Source: Eledone cirrhosa (Eukaryota). From it: a stretch of DNA of 64,000 nt. Below the pieces are notes generated by a model, which worked only from the letters and a program-made list of their open reading frames with translations, was not told the origin of the DNA and searched no databases. Where the stretch lies: NCBI GenBank assembly GCA_964016885.1, contig OZ024742.1, positions 269,514,001-269,578,000 of the forward strand, in the 5' to 3' direction. Made by a program: the position numbers and the translations under genes. Position 1 is the stretch's first letter. Each line of letters starts with the position of its first letter. Positions 38,400 through 51,670 of the stretch are shown in pieces.

Positions 38400-39925
38400 T
38401 TATTTATCACTGTTAGTATGGACCTTTAAGTGCGAAAAGGAAATATGTTGGGGTTAGCTTGTCCTTCGGTAAACCGGGGATTGATGGAAAAGCTCGGTAA
38501 GCGGAATACCGGGGCGCATGGAGATATATTGAGTAGGACTGTGTCAACGTATATTATCTCGCTAAATAGCTAGTGGCTGGTTAATTGAGTTAGAACAAAG
38601 GAAGTGAGAAAGAAAATTTAAACACTGCGATGTAAGGCATGTGCCTAACCGCTAAGTAAGTGCGGCTCTAGGGTGTGTTTAAATGCTAGTCGAGAGAAGA
38701 GAGTAGAGATGAGATGTAAGTTCAGTAAGCGGGGTTGGTGTCTCTGGAATTCAGTGTGATGCAATTGTTATCCACATAACTTGAGGAATGTTAACGTCCT
38801 AAGGTGTCGATATGAACTAAAGAAATCTGCCCTGCGATTGTTTAAGTCTATTCCATCACTGAATATCTCGAGGGTTTCACTCAAACAGAGGCTGAAAATG
38901 CCAGACCCGCCTCCGTCTGGATGTACCACCCTAACTTTTGACCAAACCAAAGAGTAAGGTGTCTGGTCTAGCTTGAGCTTCCAGATCAGTTCGGAAAGTG
39001 CCTTACTTTTCCTATTGTTGATCCGATTAAAGGAGTGGCGATGACTATACCATCTGTCATTGAGGCTCGTTGATGTTGCTCCTATGTATATATGCTCCAA
39101 GTTATGGGTTGTAACCCTGCATCGGTAAACTAGGTTGTTCACCAGGCATTCATTTCTAAGGTGGAATAAGATGGGGTTTCTGCAGTTGCATGAAGTGATC
39201 AGCCACTGCTTGTTTATTCTGGGGTACCCATTGGGTAGGTTAGAGCATTCTGTCCCTGTGACTTGCACAATTTCCCTGGGTCGGTTGGTGTTAATCAGGT
39301 CAATCCCCGGTCTACTATTTACCCTGTCATGGCTCTGTTGGATATCTATAAGATCAAATGTAATCTGTCTATGTCCCATGACTATTTCTATTGATACTAG
39401 CTACGTGCTGGGATACGCTGCGCATGGGGGAGTATAATACATTCATGTGCCTATTAAATATTTGATGGTAGCTGTTGTTCCTCGGGAAGCACGTATGCCA
39501 TGCCCTAAAAGTGAATGGGCCCGGCAGGTTTGCAGACCCACGGAGTATGTTGGATTATGCGTTTCTAGGCCTACTCATATATGTGTGGATTGAATACGCG
39601 CCAGGTCGTTGCGGAATTGTTAGGGTCCTACCGACTCCAGCACAACTGCTGCCCCGTTGCGTATTAAGGTTTCTGCTTGCTGCTCTGTCCTTGCTCATAG
39701 TGTGATCCCGGCCCGCACCGGGGTTTCCACGCTGGAGTATTCCACCGTATATCCCGGTCGGTGTTCTGTGGTTGGGGCGGTTGGGGATGAGGTGCTTTGT
39801 ATCACCGCTAGACTCACCAGGCGTATTGCGTTTATTCGCATACCCAGAGGTATGTATCTTTCTCGCAGGCATGGTGGCGATATGTCTCGTAGATTTAGGT
39901 GCATTAGCTACAACCCTGCCTATAT
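38400..39925 (-). mobile_element. Decayed Penelope-like element with GIY-YIG domain
   Basis: ORF 38768-39379: CNCRNP..ECLVNNLVYRCRV..YIGATSTSLNDRWYSHRHSF..YSLVW..LCLSE. Confidence 0.82.
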
Positions 39926-39980
39926 AACAATAATTTCAATATTGTATATAAACATATTTTAGAATAACAACATTTATATA

Positions 39981-40035
<55 letters not shown>

Positions 40036-41104
40036 GTTTTTTTGCAAAATATGTAATCGCACTTTAAATGGTGAAGCAAATTGTTTATATACAATATTGA
40101 CATTTTTATATACATGTTATTCCAAAACATGTATGGACACTTTGAATGGGGATACGAAATCTGTATGTACAATATTGAAATTGTTATCATTCAAGACAAG
40201 GTAGACGGAGTAAAGACTTTTTTTAGATATCGCAGGTTTTTTTAGATATCGCAGGTTTTCAAAAGCCACTGTTGATGGATGGAATTGGTGAATTAACGAA
40301 TAATTACGTTTTGTATTTGTGTACAACCACTTTCAATCACATTTCACCAGATACAACTAAAGGATTCAAACTCTTCCCTATCATCCACATTGAGGGTCTT
40401 ATCTAGTGCTGGAATGTATACATAAACATTGTTTTTATCATTATTCAAACTGTTTATACATATGTTGTGTCACGCTATAGATGTATACGGGGGATTAAAA
40501 GTAAAGCGGGGGTTGAAGAATTACATAATTTTTCAATATAGTCCACTCGTATTTTGATGCACTTCTTTCGCTATGGGGAATGATGGATGCATAGTACTTT
40601 TGTTTACTAATGTGATTGGTATCCTTTTGTTCAATGAGGAGATATATCACAGGCCATAATGGAATTATGAGTACCGAAAACATTATAGTACGGAATGAAT
40701 TCCAGCATCAACCAATACAAATTGCACTTAAATGATAATAAAGTCTAAAATCTTCTGTGCACATGGGATGGAAAGCTCTAATATTCTGCGTAGAGATACC
40801 CACATTTGCCACAAAATACTTTAACATGATGTCAAGCAAATATGCCTTTAGATTTAGATAGATAGACCCAGTAGAAGCCAATGTACTATACATAATATAT
40901 AATGTTTCCTAAATACTCTAACCATTTCCAAGTTACGCTTCCGCAGGTTTAATTAAGATTAAACCTGGTAATATTTTCGTCTTTTCTGAGTAAAACAAAA
41001 TCTATATGAAGTTGATGACGATTAAAAAACTAACCTCTTACTAGATAGTAATCAGAAATATGAGAAAGAAAAATCTATTACTTATGTTAAAATAATTATT
41101 TCTA

Positions 41105-41280
41105 ATTTTGGCATAAGGCCAGCAATTATCCCAGTGTATTACTGGTACTTTAATTTATCGACCCCGTAAGGATGAAAGGCAAAGTTAATCTCGGCGGGAT
41201 TTGAACTCAGACCATAAAGGGACGTAACTATTTGCTGCAAAGAATGGCGTCCGAGCCTCTACCGATACTGCCAATCCGAC
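41105..41280 (-). mobile_element. tRNA-derived SINE, copy 2
   Basis: Colinear with 36549-36721. Confidence 0.8.
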
Positions 41281-41489
41281 GAAGCAAAACACATGGCTAG
41301 AGAATTAAAGGTAGAGAAAAGCCCTGAAAGCTTTCCTAAACGTAAAGGATATATTTCCCTTATAGATCATAAACTGAAATTTAAAATATAACTAATTGTA
41401 GATTAATTAAGAACACCGGAAGCCGAACAAAATCATCCCGTAAGAGATAAATAAACGTATTAAGAATGATAATGACCAGATATTTGCAG

Positions 41490-41645
41490 ACTTAAATTGG
41501 CCTCTGCGGATGGCATATGACTTGTATCGAGAGTCCTCAAGCACATATTTTGTGATAGTGTGCCTTGAAATATTGAGCCCTTTAGAAACAGTGCTAATTG
41601 ATTTTCTGGGTTCTTTATCGACGCCTGTAATTATTGTTACAAACC
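41490..41645 (-). mobile_element. Tc1/mariner-type transposase fragment (HTH region)
   Basis: VDKEPRKSISTVSKGLNISRHTITKYVLEDSRYKSYAIRRGQF. Confidence 0.65.
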
Positions 41646-42901
41646 TAACTAACATACACACACACACGCACACATATATTTATATATACATATATATCTT
41701 CTTTTTCTTCTTCTTCTCCCACTTCTTGTCTTTCTTCTTCTCCTCCTCATCATCCTTCTCCTCCTTCTTCTACCTCGTCAACTTATTCCGGAAATAGTCA
41801 TGGGGGAATAATCCTCAGTCACTCAGACACTCCTTCCAGCGAATCCTATCAGTAGCACGCGTCTTAAACTGATTAGGGACTATGCCCAAGCGAGAGAAGC
41901 AAAGGTCATGCATGTTATCCAACTATCTTGCTCAGGGGCCTAACTCTGGGTTTCATGCCTTTTGGGTTTTGCATGTAACATCTGACCAACGATCATTTCC
42001 TGAGACATTGTATCGTAGTTGTGATATCTATACCTTAGATATTTTTACCAAGTTATACAAGATTATATATATATAACACTGAATCAAAGTCATCGGATAT
42101 GATCGAAGAATCTTCGATCACTTTCCCACTCACTGGAAGTTTTAACTACGCTAGTATCTTTAGGATACCAACCCGAATGAAAACACAGTAAGCACAAATA
42201 AGTTTAATAGTGAGAAGAACGATTTTGTGTCGGCAGACAATAAGATCCCTCTTCCCGGTAATTCCAAAATGGTTGTCTGATTACACACGTTATTTTTCAA
42301 ACGACATATTTTTTGGTTCTACCTCTGACTTTTTATCTTTCTATTTCATCTTGTATTTATCATTCTGTCTTATACCCTACATTTGCGTAAAAAATTGCAT
42401 TTACATAACTTAACACTACTTACATATGAATTTATAAATACTTAATCTATATACTACTAAAACTCTATGATTGCTTGCTTGTCTGTAATGTGCCACAAAA
42501 TGGCGCATGATGGGAAAATACTTTGAATGGAATTTGCTGCTGAAATGGCAATACAAATGGAATCAATCAAGTTTCGCATAAACCGGAGCACGGGATCCCG
42601 ATATATGGTTTTTTTTCTGGTACTTTCATGAACAGAGAGAAGGAGAGGAACATAGAGGGAAATATATAATGGTTGTGAGAGAGTAGATTGAAAGAGAGAG
42701 ATATAGAGAAAGGTGACAGAGAAGGAAAATCGAGGAGAGAGAGCTGGTGGTCTTACTCTCTCTGTCTCTATATATATATGAGTGTGTGTGTGTATATATA
42801 TGTGTGTGTAATTGTGTGTGTGTGGATGTGTGTGTGTGTCTATGAGCAGTGTATACATATCACAGACACCCACATATATATATATACACACACATACCTA
42901 A

Positions 42902-42935
<34 letters not shown>

Positions 42936-42963
42936 ATATACACACACACATTTATATATATAT

Positions 42964-43023
<60 letters not shown>

Positions 43024-43629
43024 GACTTCCAGTTTCATTTCACATTATAGACATGTGTGTGTATATTTTAATTATTTAAACATTATTTTTAAGTTGACAT
43101 GATTTAAAAAAAAAAAAATGTTGACGGAGAAATAAAAGAAAAGAATTGGGATCATCATATAGAGGGGAAGAAATATTGGTTGAGAATATTTCGCAGAAAA
43201 TTGGAGCAGTGGTTACAGTATTCCGGGTGATCATCCAGGTTTGAATGGCAAGTGGGCCAAATGACCTTGGAAAGATTGCTAACCAAATAAACGAACGGGG
43301 GAATGCTAAAAAATAAAAATTGAAAAGTCTTATTACGTTCACTCTTCCAGGAAGTAGAGGAGGGTACTACATTTCAAACGGAAGTCCTTCATCAAGAAAG
43401 TTCAGATAGGGAGAACAGGTAGGTACACGAATGTTGTTACGTGAATGTTTGGCATAGATAGACACATGATTGTTAGGAAAAATTTGTTAGGTTGGACTTG
43501 GTAGGCAGGTGGTCTAGCATTTAGGAATGGGAGCCGCAGTAGGGGAGATAGGTGTGGCAATGGGAAGAAATTGGTAGATGTGCATTATTACTTCTGTATA
43601 TGTGTGTGTGAACACACACATACACACAC

Positions 43630-43683
<54 letters not shown>

Positions 43684-43694
43684 GGTAAATGTAT

Positions 43695-43828
43695 GACACC
43701 GACGGCAGAGCTCAAGTCGTTTCGACAGCTATTTCTGGACAGCTATTTCTACTAACGTAAATATTGAGCATTCTCGTACGTTATGGTCCATCTGGTTCCT
43801 TACCATATCTCCTTCGTTACATATCTGC

Positions 43829-43895
<67 letters not shown>

Positions 43896-43972
43896 GATAT
43901 GTAACGAAGGAGATGAGGTAAGGAACCAGATGGACCATAACGCACCAGAATGCTCAATATTTACGGTAGTAG
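43695..43972. mobile_element. Rearranged pLTR fragments of the 27.4-kb PLE family, including a tail-to-tail inverted repeat around (TA)n
   Basis: 43695-43748 is the antisense HHR 3' half. Arms 43749-43830 and 43891-43972 match the pLTR end ttatggtcca..ccttcgtta. Confidence 0.8.
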
Positions 43973-44008
43973 TAATAGCTCTCCATATATATATATATAT
44001 ATATATAA

Positions 44009-44140
44009 AAGTGGTTACACAACAATTAGTTCACCATACCGGTATGGTGAACTAACTGTTGTGTAACCACTTCTATCTAAGTCATCCCGTGGAATGAGTG
44101 CTCTACCACTACGGATATTACCTTCCAGTGTTCTCCCACT
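44009..44140 (+). mobile_element. Fold-back mini-element derived from the 3' end of the 26.5-kb PLE
   Basis: 44040-44140 matches the reverse complement of 26491-26590. Preceded by a 32-bp inverted copy (1 mismatch). (TA)n on both sides. Confidence 0.88.
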
Positions 44141-44152
44141 ATATATATATAA

Positions 44153-44239
<87 letters not shown>

Positions 44240-45094
44240 GTATAAAAAACAACAATACAATATAATTACCTCATTACCAGAGGTTTCCCGAATAAGGCGA
44301 ATACGAAAGAAACGTCTTCATTCGTTCGTCGGACGAGGCAATATAAAACATAGCTAAATATTTGGAAAGTCTCCTCAAGAAATGCAAAAAAAATTATGTA
44401 AATATAGATGAAGGTAATACAATAGACATATAAAATATATAAAAAATTGTTAAAGAAATATAGTTAGGTGTGTGTATATGTATGTATATACACTCACAGA
44501 TGTACATATCTATGTATGTACAAATGTGTGTGTATAGTAAAAATGTGTGCGTAAATATATATATGAGGGTAAGTATATCTGTGTATATGTAACTACAGAC
44601 ACAGACATGATATGAGTGTCCGGTTGACAGGTATACAGAAAAACAGGGTATTAGATACATTATAAGAATATGAAGGCACGCGTATAAACACACACACACG
44701 CGCGTACACTTATATGCGGAAGAAAAAGAGGTAAGGGAGTGTAATAGTAAAAAGAAAGTATCATTCTCGATATATTTATAAAAATGGAACAATAATTTAG
44801 AAAGAAAAAAAAATTGCGAAGTAAAGAAAAGAAAACAAACAAGGTACACGCGTACATACACACATATATCTATAAGAAACGTATATCTATAAAAAAATAT
44901 ATATATATACACGCAAAACGTGCAGACAAAAGCGTATGCAAGTATACATACACACACAGGATGCACATATATATATACATACACCTCGCCCCATGTATAT
45001 CTAATCACGCGTACGTACGCGACTGTATACTCACATACACACGCACACATACACGCACATAAATATATACATACATATATACATACGCACACTT

Positions 45095-45900
45095 ATCCCT
45101 AATATTAGCCGTAGGATCTCCATCCTCTCTTCCTCAGAAGCTATTTTCAATAAGGCATCCCCCTACTATTATACAGCCCTCCAAAATAGCGGTTTTAGCG
45201 AACCGATTAAATACATACCCAACTATACTAACTCTATTAAACATAAAAATAGGAAAATAAAAATAATCTGGTTCACACTCCCCTACTCTCTAGCAGTTAA
45301 AACTAATGTAGGCAAACAATTCCTAGAGCTCTTAGATAAACATTTCCCTAGAACACAGATACTATAAGATCTTTAAAAGAAATTGTGTCAAAATTAGCTG
45401 CTCATGCGGTACCCCTATTAAATCCTATATCATCAACAAAAAATCACCTAGAGAACATCAAAATTGCTCCTGTAGAATCAAAAGTGAATGCCCTTTACAA
45501 GGTAAATGCAACACCAAAGCCATTGTATATGCGGCTAAAGTGACAACCCCAGCAACAACCAACCAGCCACCAGTAAACGATATATGGGTATGACGCAAGA
45601 CATTCAAAACGCGTTATTACTCACATGTCGCATCCTTTCGACATCCAGAAAAAAGATTTACAACAGCTCTGGCTAGCAGAATATGGGATTTGAAAGACCA
45701 AGGTATCCAATATAAATTGTATTGGTCAATTTTGAACCAATCTAAAGAATATGCAAGAGGAAGAAGAACATGCACGCTCTGTATAAATGAAAAATATTGG
45801 ATTTTGCAAAACCTTAAATCACCAAAGACCTGCCTAAACACAAAGACAGAAATTTTCACCAGTTGCCCACACATGAAATAACACCTGCTTTCCAGCTCAT
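45095..45900 (+). mobile_element. Decayed Penelope-like element (linker and GIY-YIG)
   Basis: IIWFTLPYSLAVKTNVGKQFLELLDKHFP, CSCRIKSECPLQGKC..AIVYAA, YKLYWSIL..CTLCINEK. Confidence 0.82.
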
Positions 45901-46432
45901 ATAAACTTAACACACTTTCAGATACTTATCCTCCATAAGCTCTTATTATTCTCTTTAAGACTACCTTTTCTGATTTACTTTCATTTTTAACCTTATTTTT
46001 ATTTTTATTTTTATTTTTATTTTTATTTTTATTTTTACTTCACATCCACCACTAACCCCCCCCCCCCCCATTTATTCTCCGATTCACTTACCTAATATCT
46101 TCACTTTCCACTTTTTACTTCCCTATTTTCTTCACTACCTGATTACACCGTTCACTTGCGTTTTCCACCCCAGATATTTTGTTATTTGGCAACCAATTTT
46201 ATATTTTTATATTCGTACTCACTTATTCACAAGGCCGTTTTTACACCCTGTATCTATGTGTCTGAGCGTCTTTATGTGTGTATACTTTCTGTATATGTAC
46301 ACGAACGCCTCCGTATGTGCGCGCGCGTGCGTGTATATATATATGTGTATGTCTGTGTGTTTTTATATCTGTGTTTTTACATCTATTTTTTTACATTCTT
46401 ATTTTTATGTGTGCGCATATATATTTCATGCA

Positions 46433-47110
46433 ACCTGAATCAAAGCCTTAAAAATGTTAAACTGTTTAACTTTCAATTTTCTAATTTCTTTAATTTTATA
46501 ATGTTAATATTAAATATTAATTTTTTAACTTCATCCTATAAATCTAAACAAAAATGTAACGTTCCAATCTTCTGCTCACACATTATAATATGCAGACCCC
46601 CACTATATTTACCTCTGTTAAGGTACGGGTCTCTTAGAATAATTTTTTTTCGCGCCACTCCTGGCCTGACTGTAGTTTGACATTAGTACCGACCTTTCTT
46701 CCTCTTTCTTTCTGTCTTTCTTTTTGTTGCTCGACATTAACCCTGTCTTTTCTTCTTCTTCATTTTCTTCCTTTTCTTCCCCCTTCTTTCTGTCTTTTTT
46801 CTTGTGGCATGATATTAACGCTGACTTATCTTCCTCTCCCTTTTTGTTTTCCTCTATTTGACTGGTAGTAGCACACTATAAGCTTTAGCCCCCTCACTTG
46901 AGGGCGACGGGCAAAATTGGAAGATGCTGGATGTCGGTCGTCCTCCGGTCTTGGATTTTCAGCCCCATGTATTTTATCTATTACATTCATTTATTATATT
47001 TCGAATACCTGATGATATCACCGGATTCATACGGAACAAGATCATTGAAATGATTATAGTATAATAAACCTTTCATGGATTTACATAAGTCCAGCTTCCT
47101 GTCATTTTAT
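46433..47110 (+). repeat. ~650-bp direct repeat (PLE 3'/pLTR-like), copy 1
   Basis: Colinear with 48790-49432; a partial third copy lies at ~48060-48245. Confidence 0.85.
47005..47062 (+). ncRNA. Minimal type I hammerhead motif followed by AATAAA
   Basis: atac-CTGATGA..GAAA-t-gatt-a-TA-gtat; stem II decayed. Confidence 0.55.
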
Positions 47111-47307
47111 TATAATATTTAACTCCGTACTAGCACCGTCAACTACAAAAACGAAGACGGTTGAACTGCTTTACGTTGAGTACTCTCCATATTATTACAT
47201 TAAGATTGACCATACGGAATTGACCAGCTCTATCCAGTGGTGAACCTCAAACCTGAATAAATAATGCTCCTGAAATGTTGAGTACTTTCAAATGTAATAA
47301 TTGTTCT

Positions 47308-47483
47308 ACTTTAGGCGCAAGGCCAGCAATTCACCAGTGCATTATTGGTACTTTATTTTATCGACCCCGTAAGGATGAAAGGCAAATTCAACGTCGGCGT
47401 GATTTGGACTCAGATCGTAAATGGACGTAACTATGCTAGAAAGCATGGCGTCCGACCCTCTACCGATACTGCCAATCCACCGC
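47308..47483 (-). mobile_element. tRNA-derived SINE, copy 3
   Basis: Colinear with 36549-36721. Confidence 0.8.
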
Positions 47484-48789
47484 TCTTGGAAATGTAATAA
47501 TGAACAACGGCATGGGACATCTAACCACCATTCGGATTTTGGCTACTCGGAGCTTTGCCTACCGCCCACCTGGCCCAATTCTACTTCCCTCTCCGAATAT
47601 TCAGACTTCGACGAAATTCTACGGATTATACCATAACCTGTATTGTACTGTACTGTATTGACTAAATTCTCTACCCTATACTTAAGGGCCTGCGTAACTC
47701 ACACTGAATTCTCAGACTCGAACACACACTGATTCCATTTCCACATCTATATGCATTATTTGAATGCAACTTGAACTATATTGTATTTCTCCTGTGTTTT
47801 GATTTCTCCATTTACTCCACCACCACTCTTTTTTGTTTATTTATATCTTTCTACCTTTGCTGTGTTAATGTGATTTTTTCACGTATTCTATTTCTATACA
47901 TCCATGTATTTTTTACTCCTCTTATTCGGACTTTTACTCACTTGTACCCACTAGCACACGACATTAGAATGTCTCCCCCTGAGAACAAAAATAAATATTA
48001 CCCTATTATATCCCTTACTCTACATCCCACTAGGATAACTTATAGAGGATATATATAATACAATTAACGTTTCTTCATAAAAGACTCTCTCTTTAACTAA
48101 ACCTCGCAACCCAAAACCTTTAAAATGTTTTAAACTGTTTAATTTTCAATTTTCTAATTGTTTAATTCTCAATCTTCTTACTCTTTAATTTTATAATGCT
48201 ATTCTGAAATGTTTTCAACTTCATCCTATACATCTAAACAATAATTTAACGTTCCGATTTTCTGTCGGACTGTTGGCTTGGTTTTCCTGGCGGCGGGACC
48301 GGCCTCCTGGCGCATAGGCCTACCTTGAGAGCTTGGAAAATTAAATTTCCCCTTCTTTTGGTAAATGAAACTACTCGGAGCGGACTGATTCGCACCAGGG
48401 GCCCGGCGCGCAGCCGGCTTTTGACCGCCATATAGTACCTTTAAATTACAGATCTAATCATAACTATGAGATGTATCACGCCTCCCTCTAATTAAGCAAA
48501 TCCCCCTCCTGGGTTAATTAATAGTACTGGTTTTCTACAAGGACGGCCTAACGATGAGGGCTGACTTCCCGCTGGCGCACCTGAAACCTGTTGTACATTC
48601 CTAGAGAGCTCGGAAAAATTGATTTCCATATCTTTCACTAGGCGACATCACTCGGAGTGGCTGACACCCGGTTAAGATGGGCTGGGTAAGCCTGTAGTCG
48701 CCGCATGCTATTTGACTGCTAAACAAAGACATAATATTTACTCTATAATACAATTTAAGTTTCTTCATAAAAGACTCTTTATTTGCTTA

Positions 48790-49432
48790 AACCTCGCAAC
48801 CAAAACCTTAATAATGTTAAACTGTTTAACATTCAATTTTCTAATTTCTTTAATTTTCTAATGTTAATATTAAATATTAATTTGTTAACTTCATCCTATA
48901 AATCTAAACAAAAATGTAACGTTCCAATTTTCTGTCTACACATTATAACATGCAGACCCCCACTATATTTACCTCATTTAAGATACGGGTCCCTTACAAT
49001 AAATTTTGTTACGCCACTCCTGGCCTGACTGCAGTTTGACATTAGTACCGACCTTTCTTACTCTTTCTGTCTTTCTACTTGTAGCTCGACATTAACCTTG
49101 ACTTTTCTTCTTCTTCCTTTTCATCCCCCTTATTTCTGTCTTTTTTCTTGTGGCATGATATTAACGCTGACTTATCTTCCTCTCCCTTTCTGTTTTCCTC
49201 TATTTGACCGGTAGTAGCACACTTGAGGGCGACTGGCAAAAGTGGAAGATGCTAGATGTCGGTCGTCCTCCGGTTTTGGAGTTGCAGCCCCATGGATTTT
49301 ATCTATTACATTCATTTATTATATTTCGAATACCTGATGATATCACCGGATTCATACGGAACCCGGTCATTGAAATTACCATAGTATAATAAACCTTTCA
49401 AGGATTTACGCAGTCCAGCCTCCTGTTATTTT
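48790..49432 (+). repeat. ~650-bp direct repeat, copy 2, ending in (TA)n
   Basis: Colinear with 46433-47110. Confidence 0.85.
49330..49387 (+). ncRNA. Minimal type I hammerhead motif followed by AATAAA
   Basis: atac-CTGATGA-tatc-accgg..ccggt-catt-GAAA-t-tacc-a-TA-gtat. Confidence 0.58.
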
Positions 49433-49451
49433 ATATATATATATATATATA

Positions 49452-51430
49452 TTTCGTTTCTGAATTTCTTTAGCAAGATTCTTTATCTGAAAACGTGTGT
49501 TGAAACCGATATTGTTATACTTTAGGAGGGTCATGTTGCCAATAAGAAACACACGCACCAGATGCTTTTACTTCAATTTATTATAATAAATTTATAAATT
49601 TAGGAATTTATAAATTTCCGGTTGGTTGGTTGGTTCCACAACCAGATGGTTGTTTATATATTGTCAAAGTTATTTCGTCACATATTCTGTGACCTCTTCA
49701 ATGACTGGGGATTATTTTCTTTGTTCTGTCCTACGCCATCTTGTTTTTGTGTGTGTGTTCACACACACACAAAAACAAGATGGCGTAGGACAGAACAAAG
49801 GAGAGGCACAAAAACAAAGAAAAGAATCCCCTATCACAGAATAGGTTACAGAATGTGTGACGAAAGAACTTTTACAATATATAAACAACCATCTTGTTGT
49901 GGAACCAAACAACCAACCGGAAATTTATAAATTCCTAAATTTATAAATTTATTATAATAAATTGAAGTGAAAGCATCTGGTGCGTGTGTTTCTTATTAGC
50001 AACATGACTCTCCCAAAGTATAACAGTATATATAACAACTCTATTAAAACCAATCTACCCTCAAAATTCTTTCGATTAGTTAAAAAACACTTTCCAACAT
50101 CACATAAATATAATAAAATCTTAAACCCTAACGCTATTCGACTTTTATATTCAACCGCCCCTAATATTGAACAACATATAAAAAAGCTTAACGCAAAACG
50201 GTTGTATAAACGCCTTCCAACACATAACAATACACGTAAAACATTAGCTATAACATCACAAAACAACAAACAACATCCTGTCCTACATAAGCAACCTCAT
50301 CAACCCATCCATGACAATACAACAACGCAAAATTATAATTGCAACTGTGTCCAACCAGGAATGTGTCCGTTGAACAATCAGTGTCTTGATCGCAACATCG
50401 TATACAAATGTACTATCGAATCGGATAGACAGAAGTGGTACTATGTGGGATCTACAGCCACCTCCTTTAAATCACGCCTTTATAGACATCGTTATTGATA
50501 GAACATGAAAACCAGCGTTATGTAACAACACTCGCAGACAAGGCTTGGCAGCTGCGTGAAAATAACCAACAATTTCACGTAAAATGGGATATAATAGCGG
50601 CTGCCCCTCCCCCCCCCCCCCCCATAATCCCATGGACAGGAAGATTGTAAATTATGTAATGTAGAATTATTTTGTATTATGAAATCCAAAAACATTTTAT
50701 TAAATAACAGAATAGAGCGATCGTTATACTGTAACCATCGCTTAAAATCTACATTTTCATATTATAAATACCACCAGGATTGAACGCCTGTCTCTATCTC
50801 CGTTTGATTGTCAAAATAGATATTAACATTCTTTATTAGTCTTAATTCTATCAACTCTTCTATTATTTACCTTTTAATATAAACTGCTATAGATAAAATG
50901 AGATTTCTGATTTCTTGATTCAATTCCCTAATGCATATACCAGCTGGCTACTAAGATTGATGTTATTCAGTAGCAATCGAAATCTCCCCCTTCCCCAATT
51001 GACACTTTATAATTAATACTACTACACCAAATGACCAGCCCTGTCCACTGTCCAATTGGTCAAGTAGAGATTAAAATTGGCACTCCCAAAAATTCATATT
51101 TAGATAAAATGAACCATTTACTCATGGTATTCTCATTAGAAACCCATTATATACTTGTTTAGCAGTAAATTGATTTACCATCTGTCATATACTATCCCCT
51201 CTTTTTCTTCCTCTATTACTAATATAAATACTTCAATTTTTCTGATTTTATCCAATTTATCCAAAATCTCTGAAGAAGTGACAACTGATTATACATTTGC
51301 TATCGAATAATTGCTAACATTATATGATTACGCAAGCAGCGATACATAGGTATTCCGTCTGTTACAGAAACATATGTCAATACCTAATAAATTCCTTTTT
51401 AAAAAAAGCACTTTCATTTTATATTCATCC
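49452..51430 (+). mobile_element. Penelope-like element with inverted 5' pLTR (palindrome 49507-50028) and internally deleted RT
   Basis: ~250-bp arms meet at gtgtgtgttcacacacac. The ORF from ATG 50004 runs MTLPKYN directly into NSIKTNLPSKFFRLVKKHFP..CNCVQPGMCPLNNQC..IVYKC..YYVGSTATSFKSR. Confidence 0.85.
49663..49705 (-). ncRNA. Degenerate minimal hammerhead motif (related copies near 49830-49875 and 60477-60518)
   Basis: Minus strand gtca-TTGAAGA-g-gtcaca-gaata-tgtgac-GAAA-taact-t-tgac. Confidence 0.5.
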
Positions 51431-51431
51431 T

Positions 51432-51670
<239 letters not shown>

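Noticed and set aside
48535-48596. Type III hammerhead-like arrangement (cgatga..gaaac)
   Set aside because: The core lacks U4, stem I is absent and the cleavage triplet is wrong.
51265-51325. HHR at the 3' end of the 49.5-51.4-kb PLE
   Set aside because: CTGAAGA is present, but GAAA is altered and stems I/III do not form; too decayed to call.
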